Shown: piece after piece, positions 1 to 14,049 of the stretch
Layout: each line of letters starts with the position of its first letter
How positions within the stretch are numbered: position 1 is the first letter of the stretch
Source: Cirrosporium novae-zelandiae
Lineage: Eukaryota
NCBI GenBank assembly: GCA_026023565.1
Contig: JAPETS010000003.1
Span: 186,001-250,000, forward strand
Length of the DNA: 64,000 bases
Direction: 5' to 3'
Position numbers and translations under genes: made by a program
The notes under the pieces: model-generated
Database searches by the model: none
What the model was told of the DNA's origin: nothing
Seen by the model: only the letters and a program-made list of their open reading frames with translations

Positions 1-1018
1 TGGAACTTATAGTATGGTGAAAAGAAGATGTTAAATATAACAAGAACAATGAAAAGACAGCGATTGTTCTAGTTTAAGTGGAGTGGAGTTCAAGTCCCCA
101 AGTTCTCATCTTTATAATTCCGGGGAAGGATTTTAGGCTGTCCGAAAATTCCCATGTTACCGGCAACCCTGGCAGTGGAGAAACCCCCGTACTCCCCGAA
201 CATGACCCCGAACATGACCCCCGGTGGACGAGGTCTGATAACCCCGCTGGATATATCACGGGTTAAATCCAAAGAGTTTTCATGTCAGCCATTTAGCACG
301 TATTTGTCCATAGTTACCATGGATCAATAATATATAACATCCGTTACCTTCATACCCCAAAATACCCCAAACATGTATGCAATGGCTAAAATATCATCAT
401 AGGCTATTTACCCTCATAATATAAGGTGACAACAGCACAAGGCTAGAATAGAAACTAAGGCTGAAAGAAGAAGGTAATGACGTGGAATAGATAGGCTATA
501 CGGGCCGCTGGAACGAGAGACTGGTGATTAACGGTTATACTCGAGTATTCCCATCTACAAGAGCATTCCACAATCTTGGATAAGATCCCTATAGCCTAAA
601 TTCCAATCCATTCATTGGTATAAATATTCATAGTCTGCCACCGAATAACCTTAGTCTCGGAGAACCTGACTCTCGGAATTATTGGAATTCTTCTATTCCT
701 CATCCTCTCGCATCCATTCTCCTGACCCCATCAAAAAAGGAAAAGAAAAGGAAAAAACAAGTTATTCGTTGATGATATATGCCACTTTCACATAACCGCC
801 TGAAGAGGCTATCAGAAAAGGATCAGACTAATTAATAAGCTCATGCGAGATCCCAATCAATCAGTTTTGTCGAAGCGAATTAATAATTCCACCAACGCCA
901 TCGCTTAAACCTGGCATGAAACATGATCTAATGTGCCGCCGCGGCGCAGTCAGCTTAACAGCCTGAATTAGAAAAGAAAAGGACGGACTGCTCCATCCCA
1001 CAGCTAATCGCGGAAGGC

Positions 1019-2144
1019 TCAGAAGATGTTCAGAATCTCTATAATACCCCCGAGAATCGAGATATTTGCCGTGTATAAGCCACGTCGAAGTCCCCTTGGG
1101 TCAGGACCATGTTTATCAAGAATTCCATGAAAGGCCATCTTGGTTCCATCAGGATTGATGGCTGCACCGCCTGGGCCGATGAGGTCTGGATAAAATCCCG
1201 TCTTGAGCAACGGTATTTCTGCCCGCGTATAAGGACCAGTAATCTGATCAGCCACGGCATAATTCACATCATAATTAGGTGTCGTAAAGCAATTGCTACT
1301 ATACGAGAGCACATATTTTCCATCGCTTGTTTTGATCAAATCAGGAGCTTCAATTAGAGGCCCGTCAGCATCTATTCGGTCAAGAATTTCCACAGGGTCT
1401 CCTTGGGGAGTGATACCATCTGCCTCGACAGCTTGTAACATTATAGGAGTCGGCTGGATTGGGGGTACTGTATTTCCACACACTCCACCGTGGCCATTGC
1501 TATTGCCATCAACCTTGTACACAACATAACGTTGCCCATCGGTATCTTGAAACCCAGCGGGGTCAATTGCACCCCCCTGGTCTAGGGGACACGCGAAAAC
1601 GTCCTCCCTGGGTATATAAGGGCCTTGGATGTTTAGGGACATTGCAGCGCCCACACAGTGTTTTCTTGGATTTGAATACATATTTGCGCAATAGTACATA
1701 ACAAAAGAGCCATCATCCTGAAGAAAAAATGACAGTCAGTCTCAGATCCGAATTCACATTAAATCAATGTACACGGAAGTATTTTCATACCAGTTGCACG
1801 ACATCAGGGGCCCATATCCCCTTGTTCATTGCCCACTTGGGAAGGGTTGGTAAGGCATCTATCTCGGTCAAATTCCAGTTTCCGAAATCTGTAGATGTCG
1901 CAAATGGAATGTGTAAGTTGTCGTTATTGGTAGAAAATGCATACCAAGAATCGTTAACTTGAATAATGGCTGGGTCAGGGAAATTCTCATCAATAACAGG
2001 CAAGATGCTATCGCCAGTCCATGGGTATTGATAATGTGTGCTGGCAAGTTGCCCAGCACCCGTATTTGGCTTGGTTGAGACAGGCGTACACGTGGATTGC
2101 AACGCACATAAGAAAGTAGATATTTTGGAAACTCGGTCCATCAT
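1019..2144 (-). CDS. Glycoside hydrolase family 43 (arabinanase/xylosidase-like), 2 exons, intron 1718-1790
   Basis: ORFs 1785-2189 and 1019-1699 join through a GT..AG intron (…QL|DDGSFVMYY). GH43 catalytic motifs: FPDP, WAPDV, AIDP, LIEAP, GPGG. Start codon uncertain (MMDR at 2144 chosen). Confidence 0.88.
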
Positions 2145-3034
2145 ATTGATAATCAACACCTCCCAGGGAGGAGGGATGTATTGAGGCATGAAGAAAATGA
2201 GGCCTCAACAGCCGAAAAGAAAGGAATTAGATGAAGGAGTAAAGTATAATAGAACGAGTGTGTTAGATATTATTTTAAATATTTATTCAAGAGCCATAAT
2301 GTAAACGAGTGAAGCCAATGCAAGAAAATAAGAGTAGGACGAGCATCAGCGCTTTATATTAGTAGAAATGAGTCCGGTGAGTTTTAAAGACAATTAGGCC
2401 TGAGCGTACAGTGCATTGCGAGACAAACAACGGTGTTTCAATGGAATGCCTCCTTTCGACAATAGGAACGTACCGTGAATTGAGTCAGAAGTGATTATAT
2501 CAAGAGATCCAGTAGCTATAACCGACATGTAACATCAAAGTCCAGACTTTACTTTTTTGACCTCCTGCCTGGATATCACCTCGCCGTATATCCACCTAGG
2601 TATGTAGATTAGATCCGATGTGTCATTACATTGGGAAGGGGTTTCTAGAAGGAGTCAGTTGTTTGGATATCCAACTTCCTTGCACCGTGAATGGATAAAA
2701 GTCTGTCAAATCGGTGCCCGAATCATGGCGTCATGTTTCAGTTCTCTTTGACTTTGGAATGAATTGGGTAAAGCTTGGCATTTTCTTAATTTCCTTGACA
2801 CCTAAATGTGAACACAATAGGCATGTGGTAGGATATTTTGGGTCATTAGTCTATATATCTATCTATCTTGAGTATTCAAACTCGTTAGCCCTCGGGGCTA
2901 TGTGGTTATCTAATCTAGTTTTTGACGGCTTCCATGGGTGCACACGTTATTTAAATTCAACATTCAGCAAACGTATCCAATCTAGATGGCCATATGCATC
3001 CCCCACCCAAAAATGCAATCAATTATAATTACCG

Positions 3035-4887
3035 TCATTGTGCTTTTTCGCTCTTCTCATCCTTTTCCTGAGAACTTCTTGCTTCCCCGGCACCAAGCTC
3101 TGATTCTTTATCCTGGTCCGATCGAGATGGTTGTCGAGTATTTACCGCCGTTGTAATTTCACTCTCAGCTGGCTTTCTCTTCTCTCTAGTCCCTTGAGTA
3201 CCGATGGTGATGAAAGGAATAAGTAGAATGCTGGCACCTGCGATCGCAGTCGAAAACCACCAAGAAGCCGCATAAGCATCCAATGGGTCCCCCCCTTTGG
3301 CATCTACAGCATTATAGATTGCTGTAGAGAGCCCCAGTCCAACCGTGTATGAGAGTTTGGTAACTGTGTTGAAAACCCCGCCAGCAACACTTTGCTGGTC
3401 CCTTGGCATTGAACTCATTACGTACATGTTCGCCACGTTGAATTCGAAATCTGCTCCAACAACGCAAAGCATCAAGCTGATGAATGCCAGCGACCAGTAG
3501 TGCCAACCAACAACGCCAACCAATCCTAAGAGTAAATAGGCTAGGGTATAGCCAATCGCTCCGATGAGATGTAAGATTTTGTTGCTCACCCGATGCATTA
3601 TGAAAGCCGCAATAATATTCACAAGGATACCCATGACGACTTGAGGAAGAAGATGTATAGCCACGCTCAATGCCGACCAGTTTAGTCCCTTCTGCATATA
3701 AAGAGAAAGCCAGAATTGACCAGGCTGGAACGCGGCGAAACCCATACACAAGACTCCGACAATGAGAGAAAAGTTCCGGTCCTTCCATATCCATAGAGGC
3801 ATTAGAGGATATTCGAAGATGCTTTCCCAGTAGACGAACGCGCAGATAAGAACGAATCCGACAACAAGCAGCGCAATGACGTATGGAGTGCTCCATCCTT
3901 CAGGAGCATCGCCGGCAAGACTAAAAGTGATAAGGTTAGTTGTGATCATATTCCGGGAACCGTTTTTCATACCTAAGTGACGCAGAGAACAACGCAAGGC
4001 CAGCAAGAGACAATACCGTTCCTACTAAATCAAATTTCTTCACGGATTCCATACTAAACTTTTCATAATTTCCGTCATCTTTTGGGACAGTCACCATGGC
4101 AGCAATGGTCAAAAGCGCATATACAATGGCCAGAAAATAAAAGCTTGCTCTCCAACTAAATATTTGTGTGCAAACACCTGATGTAAAGCTACCAACAACG
4201 AAGCCAACCGGGTTTCCGGCACTGAAGCATGCAAAGGCAGCATTCTTTCTCCGGCTTGGATGGGGGTATATAGATCCGAGAGACCCTATGGCGGGAGGGA
4301 CCACCGAGGCAGATAGCAAGCCCATTACACCGTTCAAGATGTCCATGTACATGGCGTTGTTCGCAAAACCAGTCACGAAAGAAAATATGGCAAATCCCCC
4401 TAGGCTCCCAACTATCAACCATTTTCGACCGTACCTGTGAGGCAGTTAGTATTTCCCAGATGATTCGCGACATGGAAATAAGTGATGGTAGTACGTACAT
4501 ATCAGCAATTCTCCCAAACTGGAGTAGAAAGGTTCCCGAAGTTAGAGCAGAGCTTGATACGATCCAGGTAATCTCAGCTTGTGTCATATTCAGATCAGCG
4601 CCAATCTGAGCAGTCACAACGACGCAGACCCCAGCAAGGATAGATGACATGGCGTTGGCCAAGGTGACTGTCAAAACGAAAAGAATCTCCTCGGCGGTTG
4701 ATCGAAAGCATGAGGGGCGAATGTTGGACAAGTTGGAGATGTTGGACTGAACCGCATGCAGGTGCATTCCCGTTTCCTGCTCTTCATCACTGCTGGATGA
4801 TTCATCTTCACTGACTGCTAGCGGACTCCTGTCGCCTATACTAGGAGTGGCATTCTGTTGCTTCTCTTCATCGTCCATGTTGGCCAT
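3035..4887 (-). CDS. MFS transporter, DHA2 (drug:H+ antiporter-2)-like, 3 exons (introns ~4436-4498 and ~3922-3971)
   Basis: Three consecutive hydrophobic ORFs. MFS motif A spans intron 1 (FGRIADMYGRK). Also WRASFYF, FDLVG and PLMPLWIW, with many TM segments. Confidence 0.9.
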
Positions 4888-5877
4888 GTTTGATTATGGG
4901 TTGCGATAGTAGAAATCAGCAATGGAAGCAGCAACAAAGCTGAAGGAGAGGGGGGGGACATAATTATGGTATTCATAATGGTACCCATAATTGACTAATT
5001 ATCTGTGGAATGATAGTAGAGACTCGTGGATTCAAATCCGATGCGGAAGATAGCCGCGTTTTGAAACCATGATTGGTAAAAGGGTAGAAATCTAAGTGGA
5101 GCCGGTAGAACCCAACAAACATCATCAGCCCTTCTTGACGTCGACTAGTACCTTGAATTCAACCTTAGAATCAAATAACAACACAAGAAACCTAGTCACT
5201 AATCAAAGTCGGCATAACATAGGGAAATAGTACAAGGCTAGACTCATTTCATGACACAACTGTCTGAAGAAATCGGTGGCCATTTGGTATGCTTCATCCG
5301 AGCTTGTCGGATTTAGAGGCGAAGAGAAGAAAAAATATTTGCCTTAATCTAAAGATAGTTAATTAGTTAACAGGATAGGTAACTAGTCGATCTGCCCACC
5401 ATACCTAATCAGTATTCCCTCCCTTTTTCGAGACTTTTAGGGATTGGCCTATCCACTGCTTCAAATAAGGCAATCATCGCACCGTGCTGAAGGAACAACG
5501 TCCTTTTCAACACAACACTTGAGATGAATGGCCTTGTTGCTTCTGCATGACAGCTACTTGTGCAACACCACTATCCGCTTAAAGACATGCCCCGAGAACG
5601 GGAAGAGTCGCTTGGTTACTCATTCCCTGTCAACGCCATCGAGTAGCGGAACATGGTTCCCTTGACATGCTGTACTTGGTGTCAACTTTCATATAACGAC
5701 AGACAAGCTGACCACGCTTAAAGACAAACTGACTGCAGTACTACATTAACACCAACATCGGGAGTGTAATAATATCCACCCATTTAAGAACCTCCTTCGA
5801 TGGATTGGTGAATCCCCTCATAGTCATTTTATGGGTATAACTGGCACCTCTGTGAAATGCACACGATCAACATTCAA

Positions 5878-8800
5878 TTACTGCCAAAGATAATCTGTCT
5901 GCAAAAGCCCTCCGTCGCCTCTTGTCGCGGCCTCTTCTCCGAACCCGACTTCTTCCTGGGACAGGTTTCCCCATCCCATTCCTTCTAATTCCTTGGCGAA
6001 AAAGTCTCTTTCCTCGTCTAACACACACTTTTCCTTGCCCATCTGCTCGGGGTACATGCGCAGATGCCACCAATGTGTCAAAGCCCGCAAAGCTTGCTCC
6101 AACGGTAACGACTCTTCAACCTCTGCATCGACATCACTTCCAGCCAGCCAGTCATCGCGAAGGTCTGGCCGACAGTGTAAGTAGATGGCTGTGATGACCC
6201 GCATATTGCTTTGCCGCCACTTGCGGCCACAGTAAGGCACTTGGGACTTGAACAACTTTAACGTGTACAGACGAAGATCAGGTTGTGGAATTTTGAGCGC
6301 TTTTCGGAGGATTGTACTAGACTTGTACTGTACCAGCAGAAGGCAGCGATGGGCTTTGCCAACCGTGATCTTTTGCATAATCCGGAGATAGTTGATACTA
6401 GTAAAGAAATTCCGCCACGAGAATGTTGTTATGGGTTCCGGAGGAAGAAGAGTAGTAGGATTTCCAAGTTCATCAACTTCTGGGGGAGCGTCTAAGATTG
6501 GATGACTGGTTTCGGCACCCATATCAGGAATAGCAGGTAGCTGTTTTCGATGTCTTGCAATTGGAGGTGGGGCGGCTTCATCACCGCTCTCTTTACTCGC
6601 TTCACCCTCTCCAACTTTGTCCGAATCTTCGCTTGCAAGTTGACGGCAGACATTAAAGAAACTAGGGCAATTAGTACATGAAAATAAGACAAAAGGATAG
6701 TAATTACCTTAGATGCTCTTGATCTATCCTTTGATCAATAGATTTATCAACGTCTTGATGAGCGAGAAGTTTGAGCACGAGTGGCAAATAATTAGAATCA
6801 AGCAACAGCTGAGTCAGGTACTCATACTTTAGGATATCTATATAGAAAAGGTTAGAAGGTAATTCTTTTGCTTGGTGAGCTTGTCAAAAAGGAACTTACG
6901 AGAAATCTTGAACCACTTCAGAAGGAGGAGGACAACCCCCGATATTCCCTTGGTGGTGATCTCCCGCACTCGAACAGCGTTTAATTCTATTAGCGTAGAT
7001 GCTCCTTGAGATTCATGTTCTACACCATTTTTGCCCTCTGAGCCATTACCATTTAACTGTGCGGAAACATTGAAATTTGCTTTGGGCTTTGGTGAGCTGA
7101 GGATAGTTTCAAAATCCGGTATTGGCAAACTTGTCATCAGACCAGGCAAACCATTCAAAGCATTTTGACTTCCCTGGGCCACTATGGCTGACACATTACT
7201 CAATATGACTTTGAGAAGGACCACAATCATTGATTGAAGCTCTGGCATTGCCTGGGACTAGGGAGGAAATTAACTGATGATATCCACTGCTTCATAGTTT
7301 TGCTTACATAATAATCCTCCACTACATCCAACCTCCGTTGGGCATCGATATCGTCTGTCTCTGGTTGCTTTTTAACCTCTTCGGATGTTTCTTTCGCTTC
7401 GTCCTCGCTCGGTTCAAAGCTACCAGGTTTTCCCCAACCTCTTTCATGTTTAAGAAACATTTCTCTTTCTCCCCAAAGCTGGCGCATTGCTCGAGTCATC
7501 CGTACCCTGCTAGCAAATAATGTACCGGCTTCCATGATAGAAGTTGGTACATCGCCGCCTTCCCACCTCTGTTCAACAAGCATATCTTGTATGCCTGTGG
7601 TGCCTTTGCCGCCCATTTTGTTGCTGGAGCTGTCTAAAGGAGGGTAAAGGAACGGGAAATTGTTGTTTGTTTGGTAATTTTGCTTCTTTCCGGCTTTGCC
7701 GCCAGGCCCAGCCGGAGAAGGTGGAGGAGATGGAGCTGGAGTTGCAATATGGACAGGTTGATCAAGTATAGAGGTACTCCCGTTAGGGGCGCCAGCAAGG
7801 AACAAGCCATTACTGGGAACATTTCTGCTCGGATGGTTTGGAAGAGGTGGTAGAATGGAATTATTTTCAGGCTCAAGTGGTACTAACAGAGGAGGTGGAT
7901 TATAAGAAGGGTATTTGGAAATGATTTCTTGTCGAAATAGATGATAGTCCAATGGTGAAGCGGTAAGGAATGGATGGCTACCACTATCGTCAGGTGGATC
8001 ACGAGCAGCTTTCAGGACTGCCTTTGTTTGTTTAAGCTCTTTGCTATCTCCAAACAATAAGAGGACTGATTTCCAGAGGAGTAGGATGATCTAGGAAAAG
8101 CTGAGCAGGAATACCGATGCCAAAAGTACCGAAACTTACCCTAGTCAGGTTAAATTCATTGTACTCTCCCCATCGAAATCTAGCGATGGCTTCAGTAAGG
8201 AAAACCGGAATGCCGGGATTCAAAGAAGCTAAGAAAGACCATCGTCAATTGCTGCCATTGGCATATTTCTGGAGAGTCCTTACAGAAGGTATCTCGCAAT
8301 GAGGAATCATTGTGGTCTTGAAGTCTTCGTCTGCCCACTTCTAGTAGGATATAGAGGGATGTAAGGATATAATCAGTCTCTTGAAACCAAGGATATTTAC
8401 TGCCATCAGATTTCGAGTGTTCAGATATGGATGGCCCAGACGTGTTTGAATCTCTACAGAAACATTATTAGCCTGGTCTAGAACGTTTTCAATTTCCAGA
8501 CTGTCGCCTACTAACTGATGTTGTCCAGTAAATCTGCTTAAGGCATCAAATAGTACCTGTACTCCCGAGCAGCTGGTGATAATGGAAACACCAATATTCA
8601 TCCAATCCAACTGGGATGTACAATCCTGAGGACTCCTATTCGGGAGTTCTTCAGCTTGACCTTCGGAACTATATTGCGACTCTTCTCCATTGACAGCAGT
8701 CAATCCCCAGGCACCCATAAGGATATATGTCACCGCAGCGAGACATCGACCTCGATCAGAGACGTCCGCATTCTTGGTTTTTTCTAATAGTCCAAGCACG

Positions 8801-9411
8801 AAAGTTTTTCTCAATTCATCATCAACAGAAATCCATGTATTATCATTGGAGCGTGGAGGAAGATCTTTCACAAAGTTGCCCCATTCATAGTCAAAAGCCG
8901 TTTTCGCATTTAAAATTAAAAAGCGATCTTGCTCGGTATATTGGAACCATTCTTCGATCTCGTCCGGAAAAGGCTGGGTATCGGCGTACTCAAAGGCATA
9001 AGCAGTAGGTTCTATTCGGGGCATATCCGTCACAATCTTTCTGAGCTGCATCAAACTCAAAGAGTCAGTAGATCCATCTGGATCTTGTTGAGACCCTGGT
9101 GTTGGTGGGGGAGGCTGCTGCGGGGGAGGCGGAGCAGAGCCATCTCTCCGTAGCGGAGGTCGCGCCGATCCATTGGAACGCTGTAGCGGAACAGATCCTC
9201 TGACCGTATCTGAAAACTCCTTCAGTCGTTTCCATCGTTCATTGTTGCTGTTGTTGTTATTATTAAGAAGTGAAATATTCAGTCTGTCCGAGTAGTCTGC
9301 AGTGGGAGGAATTCCTGTAGATATATCGGCGCCAGCCTGGTCAACTTCATCTGCATTAACGAAAGTTGCAGGAGGAATGTCGCCTTCATCGGCTTGCCTG
9401 TTGGCCTCCAT
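5878..9411 (-). CDS. FAR11: FAR11/STRIP (HAM-2/PRO22) STRIPAK subunit, multi-exon
   Basis: ORFs 8341-9429, 7227-8057, 6838-7248 and 5878-6522 are linked by introns. Conserved segments: DSLSLMQLR, YAFEYAD, SPLDYHLFRQEI, FSWRNFF, LLVQYKSS, YTLKLFKSQVPYCGRKWRQSNMRVITAIYLHCRPDLRDDWL. Confidence 0.92.
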
Positions 9412-10531
9412 GTTTGTAAGGATATTCAAACCAGTAGATCCTAAGCTCTATAAGACTTTAAAAGGTGGGATATAATTGCGGTTGGGTTTCTGCATTTTCA
9501 GACGCAGTCAGACATTGAACCTCGGTAAGAAGAGTTCATCTCAACGAGTAAGACTTGAAAGTCACCATAATGGAGGAGATGATTATGTGGTGAAGAACAT
9601 GCAGTGTTGGTTTGGACAGTTGAAGCATATTAAATGTCGAGTGTAATAAAGAAGGTTTGTGGTAAATGGCTTTCTGGAGTGATCCCCGTGTCGCCCACCG
9701 TCACTTGTGCCCACTCACCACTCCCAAGACGACCATCTGCAGTTATTAAGCACCGACCTCCGACCAAGCTTAAATCTTCCACTTTCTAACCTCAATTTTC
9801 TGATTTGTGTATCAACAATTTCTACCACTAGACCTTGCATACTTTTGTATCTTATACTCCACCAACATACTTTCTTTACCACACCTAAGAACTGTGTCAA
9901 GGCATTTGGGAGAACCAGCTCGAGGGTATTTTTAATTGTCTGCGATCACAGTACACATCTCAAAAGCTTTCTATCCAAGTATGAAATAGCCTTTCTATTT
10001 AATGCTTTATGCTAATCAACATCTCAGAGCTCAGGACAAAGAATTATATACTGGCTAGCATCATTCGAAGAGAGAAATCAGTTCGTATTTCCCGCGCAAC
10101 GGAATTCCATATCCAACCATCTTCCATTTGAAAGAAAAACTTAAAAAAAAAACCAAAAAAAAGATATTGCTTTGGGGATACCTTGGAAAACGTCAAGGGT
10201 GCTAGATAGTGAAGATTGGCTGGAATTCACAACATCATTATCGCAATGGGATTTTGCCGTTTCTGTCGCCATTCTCTAGCCTCTGCTTCCTCGGCAGCAT
10301 GGCCCCATTACTGCTATTAGTGGTTATGAAACAATGACCGCAGGAAACTACATCGCAATGCTTTACAGCTACTTTCCAGCCACTTTCTTGAGTCAAGCAT
10401 ACCTATCAATTTCCATGGCATCCCCAAAAAGATCAAAGTTCTTCCATTCAATCATGGACAGCTCGTAGGAGCATCTCAAGCTGACCTCCGCGCTGCTAGA
10501 GCTCTCTTTTTCCCTCTCTCGCCCGCCAATC

Positions 10532-11815
10532 ATGGCGGCATCCGACGAGATAATATGGCAGGTACTAAAAGATCAATTCCTACATCTTTATAATACGAGG
10601 ACTAATGACAATTCCAGGTTATAAACGGTACGATTTGCTGCGCATTACTTTTAACACTACTGACGCATAAAAACACTATCTTATACATTAACGATCCCAG
10701 GCCAATTTTGTAGCTACAAACTCAAGCTGCCTCAAAAAGTCAAGCAGACGAGTACATTCTGTCGTAACGAGTATAACGTTACCGGTAAATATCCTCTCCC
10801 TACTCAAACTTTTCATTTTGACTCATAAAGACCATAGGCCTATGCAACCGACAATCCTGTCCTCTAGCTAACGCAAACTACGCCACAATCCGCCAAGATG
10901 GAGATAATCTGTAAGAATCTGCATTCTCAACTCCACACCGCACCAACAACGTCATCTAACAAGTCACCGCCGCACAGCTACATATACATGAAGGTCGCCG
11001 AGCGAGCCCACATGCCTAACCGCCTCTGGGAACGAATCCGACTCTCAAAAAACTACGCCAAAGCCCTTGAACAGATTGACTCGCGCTTAATATATTGGCC
11101 TAAATTCCTCATCCACAAATGCAAACAGCGCCTGACACGCCTGACGCAAGTCGCGATTCGCACAAAGCGCCTCGCGAAAGAAGAAGAACGCCTCGGCGAG
11201 AAACTGGTCCCGAAACTGGCGCCTAAAGTCAGGCGGCGCGAGGAGACAAGGGAACGAAAAGCCGAAGCTGCGGCCAGGGTCGAAAGGGCAATCGAGCGCG
11301 AGTTGATTGAACGACTGCGGTCTGGTGCATACGGCGAGCAGCCGCTAAACGTGGATGAGACAATTTGGAAAAAGGTGCTAAAGGGCCTGGAGAGGGGTGG
11401 AGAAGGAGTACGGGACGAGGACCTGGACGAAGGAATCAACTCGGAGGAAGAGGACGAACTCGAGGAAGAACCAGAAATCGAATACGTCGATGGCGGTATC
11501 GAAGAATCCGAAGACGAAGACCTACAGGATCTCGAAGACGTCGAGGAATGGTACGGCGGATCCTCCTCCGATGAGGGCGCCTCAGAAGAAGAAGACGAAG
11601 AAGAAGGCGACTCCGACTCTGCCTCGGACGCATCCTCAGACCCCGACGTCGCTGCTCTCAAAAAGGCCCTCCAAACGGGCTCCAAACGGAAACACGCCCT
11701 CTCGTCAAACGCAAACCAAAAGTCGAAATTAAAAGCAAAGAAGAAGAAGGGGGCTGCCAATATCGAAATCGAATACGAGACGGAACCACCTATGAGACAG
11801 ACCCTTACTACTTGA
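10532..11815 (+). CDS. MAK16: MAK16 60S ribosome biogenesis protein, 5 exons (introns 10562-10617, 10628-10700, 10785-10837, 10911-10977)
   Basis: Spliced reading gives [22 protein letters not shown]…[21 protein letters not shown]…[11 protein letters not shown]…[12 protein letters not shown], an acidic tail and terminal EIEYE. All introns are GT..AG. Confidence 0.95.
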
Positions 11816-12604
11816 GTGTGAGTGTGAATGTGAATGAGATGGATACTGCTACTGCTGCTAGCTTCCTTATATCCTTATTAAAAACCGATGGGACAAAATG
11901 GAGGGGGACAGGGGAAGGGAGGGGGGTTTTCGATGCGAGTTATATAGCAATACCCTCGATAAAAAATAAAATAAAAAAATACAAATGCGCAGCCAAAACA
12001 AATGATACTTACCTACTGTACCTAAAGCAGGCTATCTCCCCTAAAAACATAAAAGGAATCCTCACCTCCCCCTTCCTCTCTCCCTCCCTCCCTACCAAAA
12101 CCATCCACTCAATTCTCAATTCCCAAAACATATACATACACATCTCTTAATCCCCCCAACCCAATCTAAACCCCAAAAAACACTCCTCGAGTACCACACC
12201 AAATCAACCTACCACCAAACCCATCCAATCCATCTAATCTATTCCCCCCTCCCCAAAAAAAAAGGAAAAAAAAGAAAAAAAGGGGACAAAACACCATCCA
12301 CAATCTATCCGCAGCCATCTCCACCTCTTCACCTCTCTACCATGTACAAGGAAACCCTCGAATAAAGTTTCGAATTTAATATTTTATATACACTTTGCAT
12401 ATACACTTTACATATACATATATACAATAAACTTACATTCCAACCCTCCACACACACACACGCAGGGGTTTTTTAAACCCAAAGTCTTTTCGGGTCAAAG
12501 TTTAATTAATTAGTGAAGTTAGTATATTCATATTCTATTCCCTTTTACTTACTTACTTACCTGGCCATATGGTTTGTTAGTTGTTGGTTTTTACTCTGTA
12601 TGTG

Positions 12605-12860
12605 TTACGGCGGCACAGCCATAGGTTATTAAATATATATATATATATCCTGTGCGTGACTGGGGTTAGTGAGTGAGTTAGTGAGTGAGTATATATATCC
12701 GCTGCTCTCAATTTGAAGTAGTGTGGCGGAATATACATCACATGTCCCACGTATCCCGTACATTCCATTCTTTTTGCTTTAGTTAGGGTAAGTAAGAGTA
12801 AGAGTAAAGAATAAGAAGACTAAGAAGACTAAGAGTTGTTTTGGTTTGAACTTTCTAACA
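12605..12860 (-). repeat. Dispersed repeat family C (solo-LTR-like), microsatellite-expanded copy
   Basis: Reverse complement reads TGTTAGAAAG…CTCTTACTTACCCTAACTAAAGCAAAAA…GCGGAT…TAATAACCTATGGCTGTGCCGCCGTAA, colinear with 27956-28232 and 60948-61100. Confidence 0.7.
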
Positions 12861-13416
12861 ACTTCTTATTGAGTATACATATACATATACATATACATGT
12901 AATCCCCTGACCCCTACCCTCCCTAGTCTATCCATATCTATTTGCCGAACCCGAGAGCAAAAAAAAGTGTTCTATAACGTTTAAAATTTAAAATTTAGAA
13001 TTTGTAAAATAAATTCCCCCCATGCATCCAACATGGGTAATGGGAGGATCCCAGATGTTTCTTTCTTTCTTCCCAATGACAATGATGATATAATCCCCAT
13101 AATTCCCATGTTCCCCATATCCCTCCCTCCCACCCTCCCCCTAGCACCTAGCTAGTGCCTTAGGGGGGGAGAGTTATGTCTAATGATTGTTCCCTTCCCA
13201 TCCAAATAGTACTCTTCCAGAAAATAAATAAATAACGCCGGTTATATATATATATACATACAGCTGTGTCCCCCCCCCCGTTAGTGATGTGTGATATGAT
13301 ATGAGATTTTTTTTTCTCTCGTAGCTGGTTTTCGCCTCCAAAAGGGGGAAAGCTGAGCTGGGAAACTAAAAAAAAACTGAAAAAGCTGAGCTGAACTGAA
13401 TTGAACTGAACGCCGG

Positions 13417-13447
<31 letters not shown>
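13417..13447. repeat. (GTT)n microsatellite within an AT-rich low-complexity island
   Basis: About 10 perfect GTT units, seen directly. Confidence 0.95.
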
Positions 13448-13448
<1 letters not shown>

Positions 13449-14049
13449 GTTAGTGGGTGGGTTGAGGATTGCCTGGGTAGATTCTTTCTTGGTGATTTGG
13501 ATGTAAAGGGATGTAAAGGGGTGGGTGGGTTGGACTAGGTTGGTTTGGTTGATTTTGGATTTCGGTGATTAGGTTTGAAGTGTTTTGGGTTTTTTTTTAG
13601 GTTATTTATTCCATTTCTGTTTGTCCCCTTTCTTTTTCCTTTTTTTCCCTTCTTCCCTCGGACCAGCAAGGGGTGTGTACCAAGAAAAAAGAAAGAGGAA
13701 ATATACCACAGTGATGGCGAGATAAGCGTCAGATCGAAGTAAAGTGAAAAGATTTATTTGTGGATGACCAATGGATAGATGTGGTTTTCGCCAAAAACTG
13801 GTATTGCGGTCATGGGTTTTGAGTTTGGGTACTTTCCGGTTCCGGTTTCCGACCCGTTCCCGTTCCGGGTCGGTGTGGTATCCTCCCCCGATCCGGGATG
13901 AGGAAGGTTACCTGGAACTGCTTTTGAGGGCATCATGTAACGCGGACTCCCACATGCGACTGACTGACAAAGTGTCCGTCTGTCTGTGTTTGGTGTTCCA
14001 AACGCTTGATACCCTCGACCATCGCATAACGACACCTCCCTCATCTCAC

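Noticed and set aside
74..272. Three overlapping ~60-aa ORFs and a 12-bp tandem repeat (CCCCGAACATGA x2)
   Set aside because: No recognisable motif or splice structure, and too short to support a gene or element call.
9707..10460. Short ORFs and possible upstream exons or uORFs between FAR11 and MAK16
   Set aside because: No family similarity. I could not splice them convincingly into FAR11; probably UTR or bidirectional promoter.
11053..11760. 235-aa Ser-rich antisense ORF
   Set aside because: Shadow of the acidic GAA/GAG-rich MAK16 exon.
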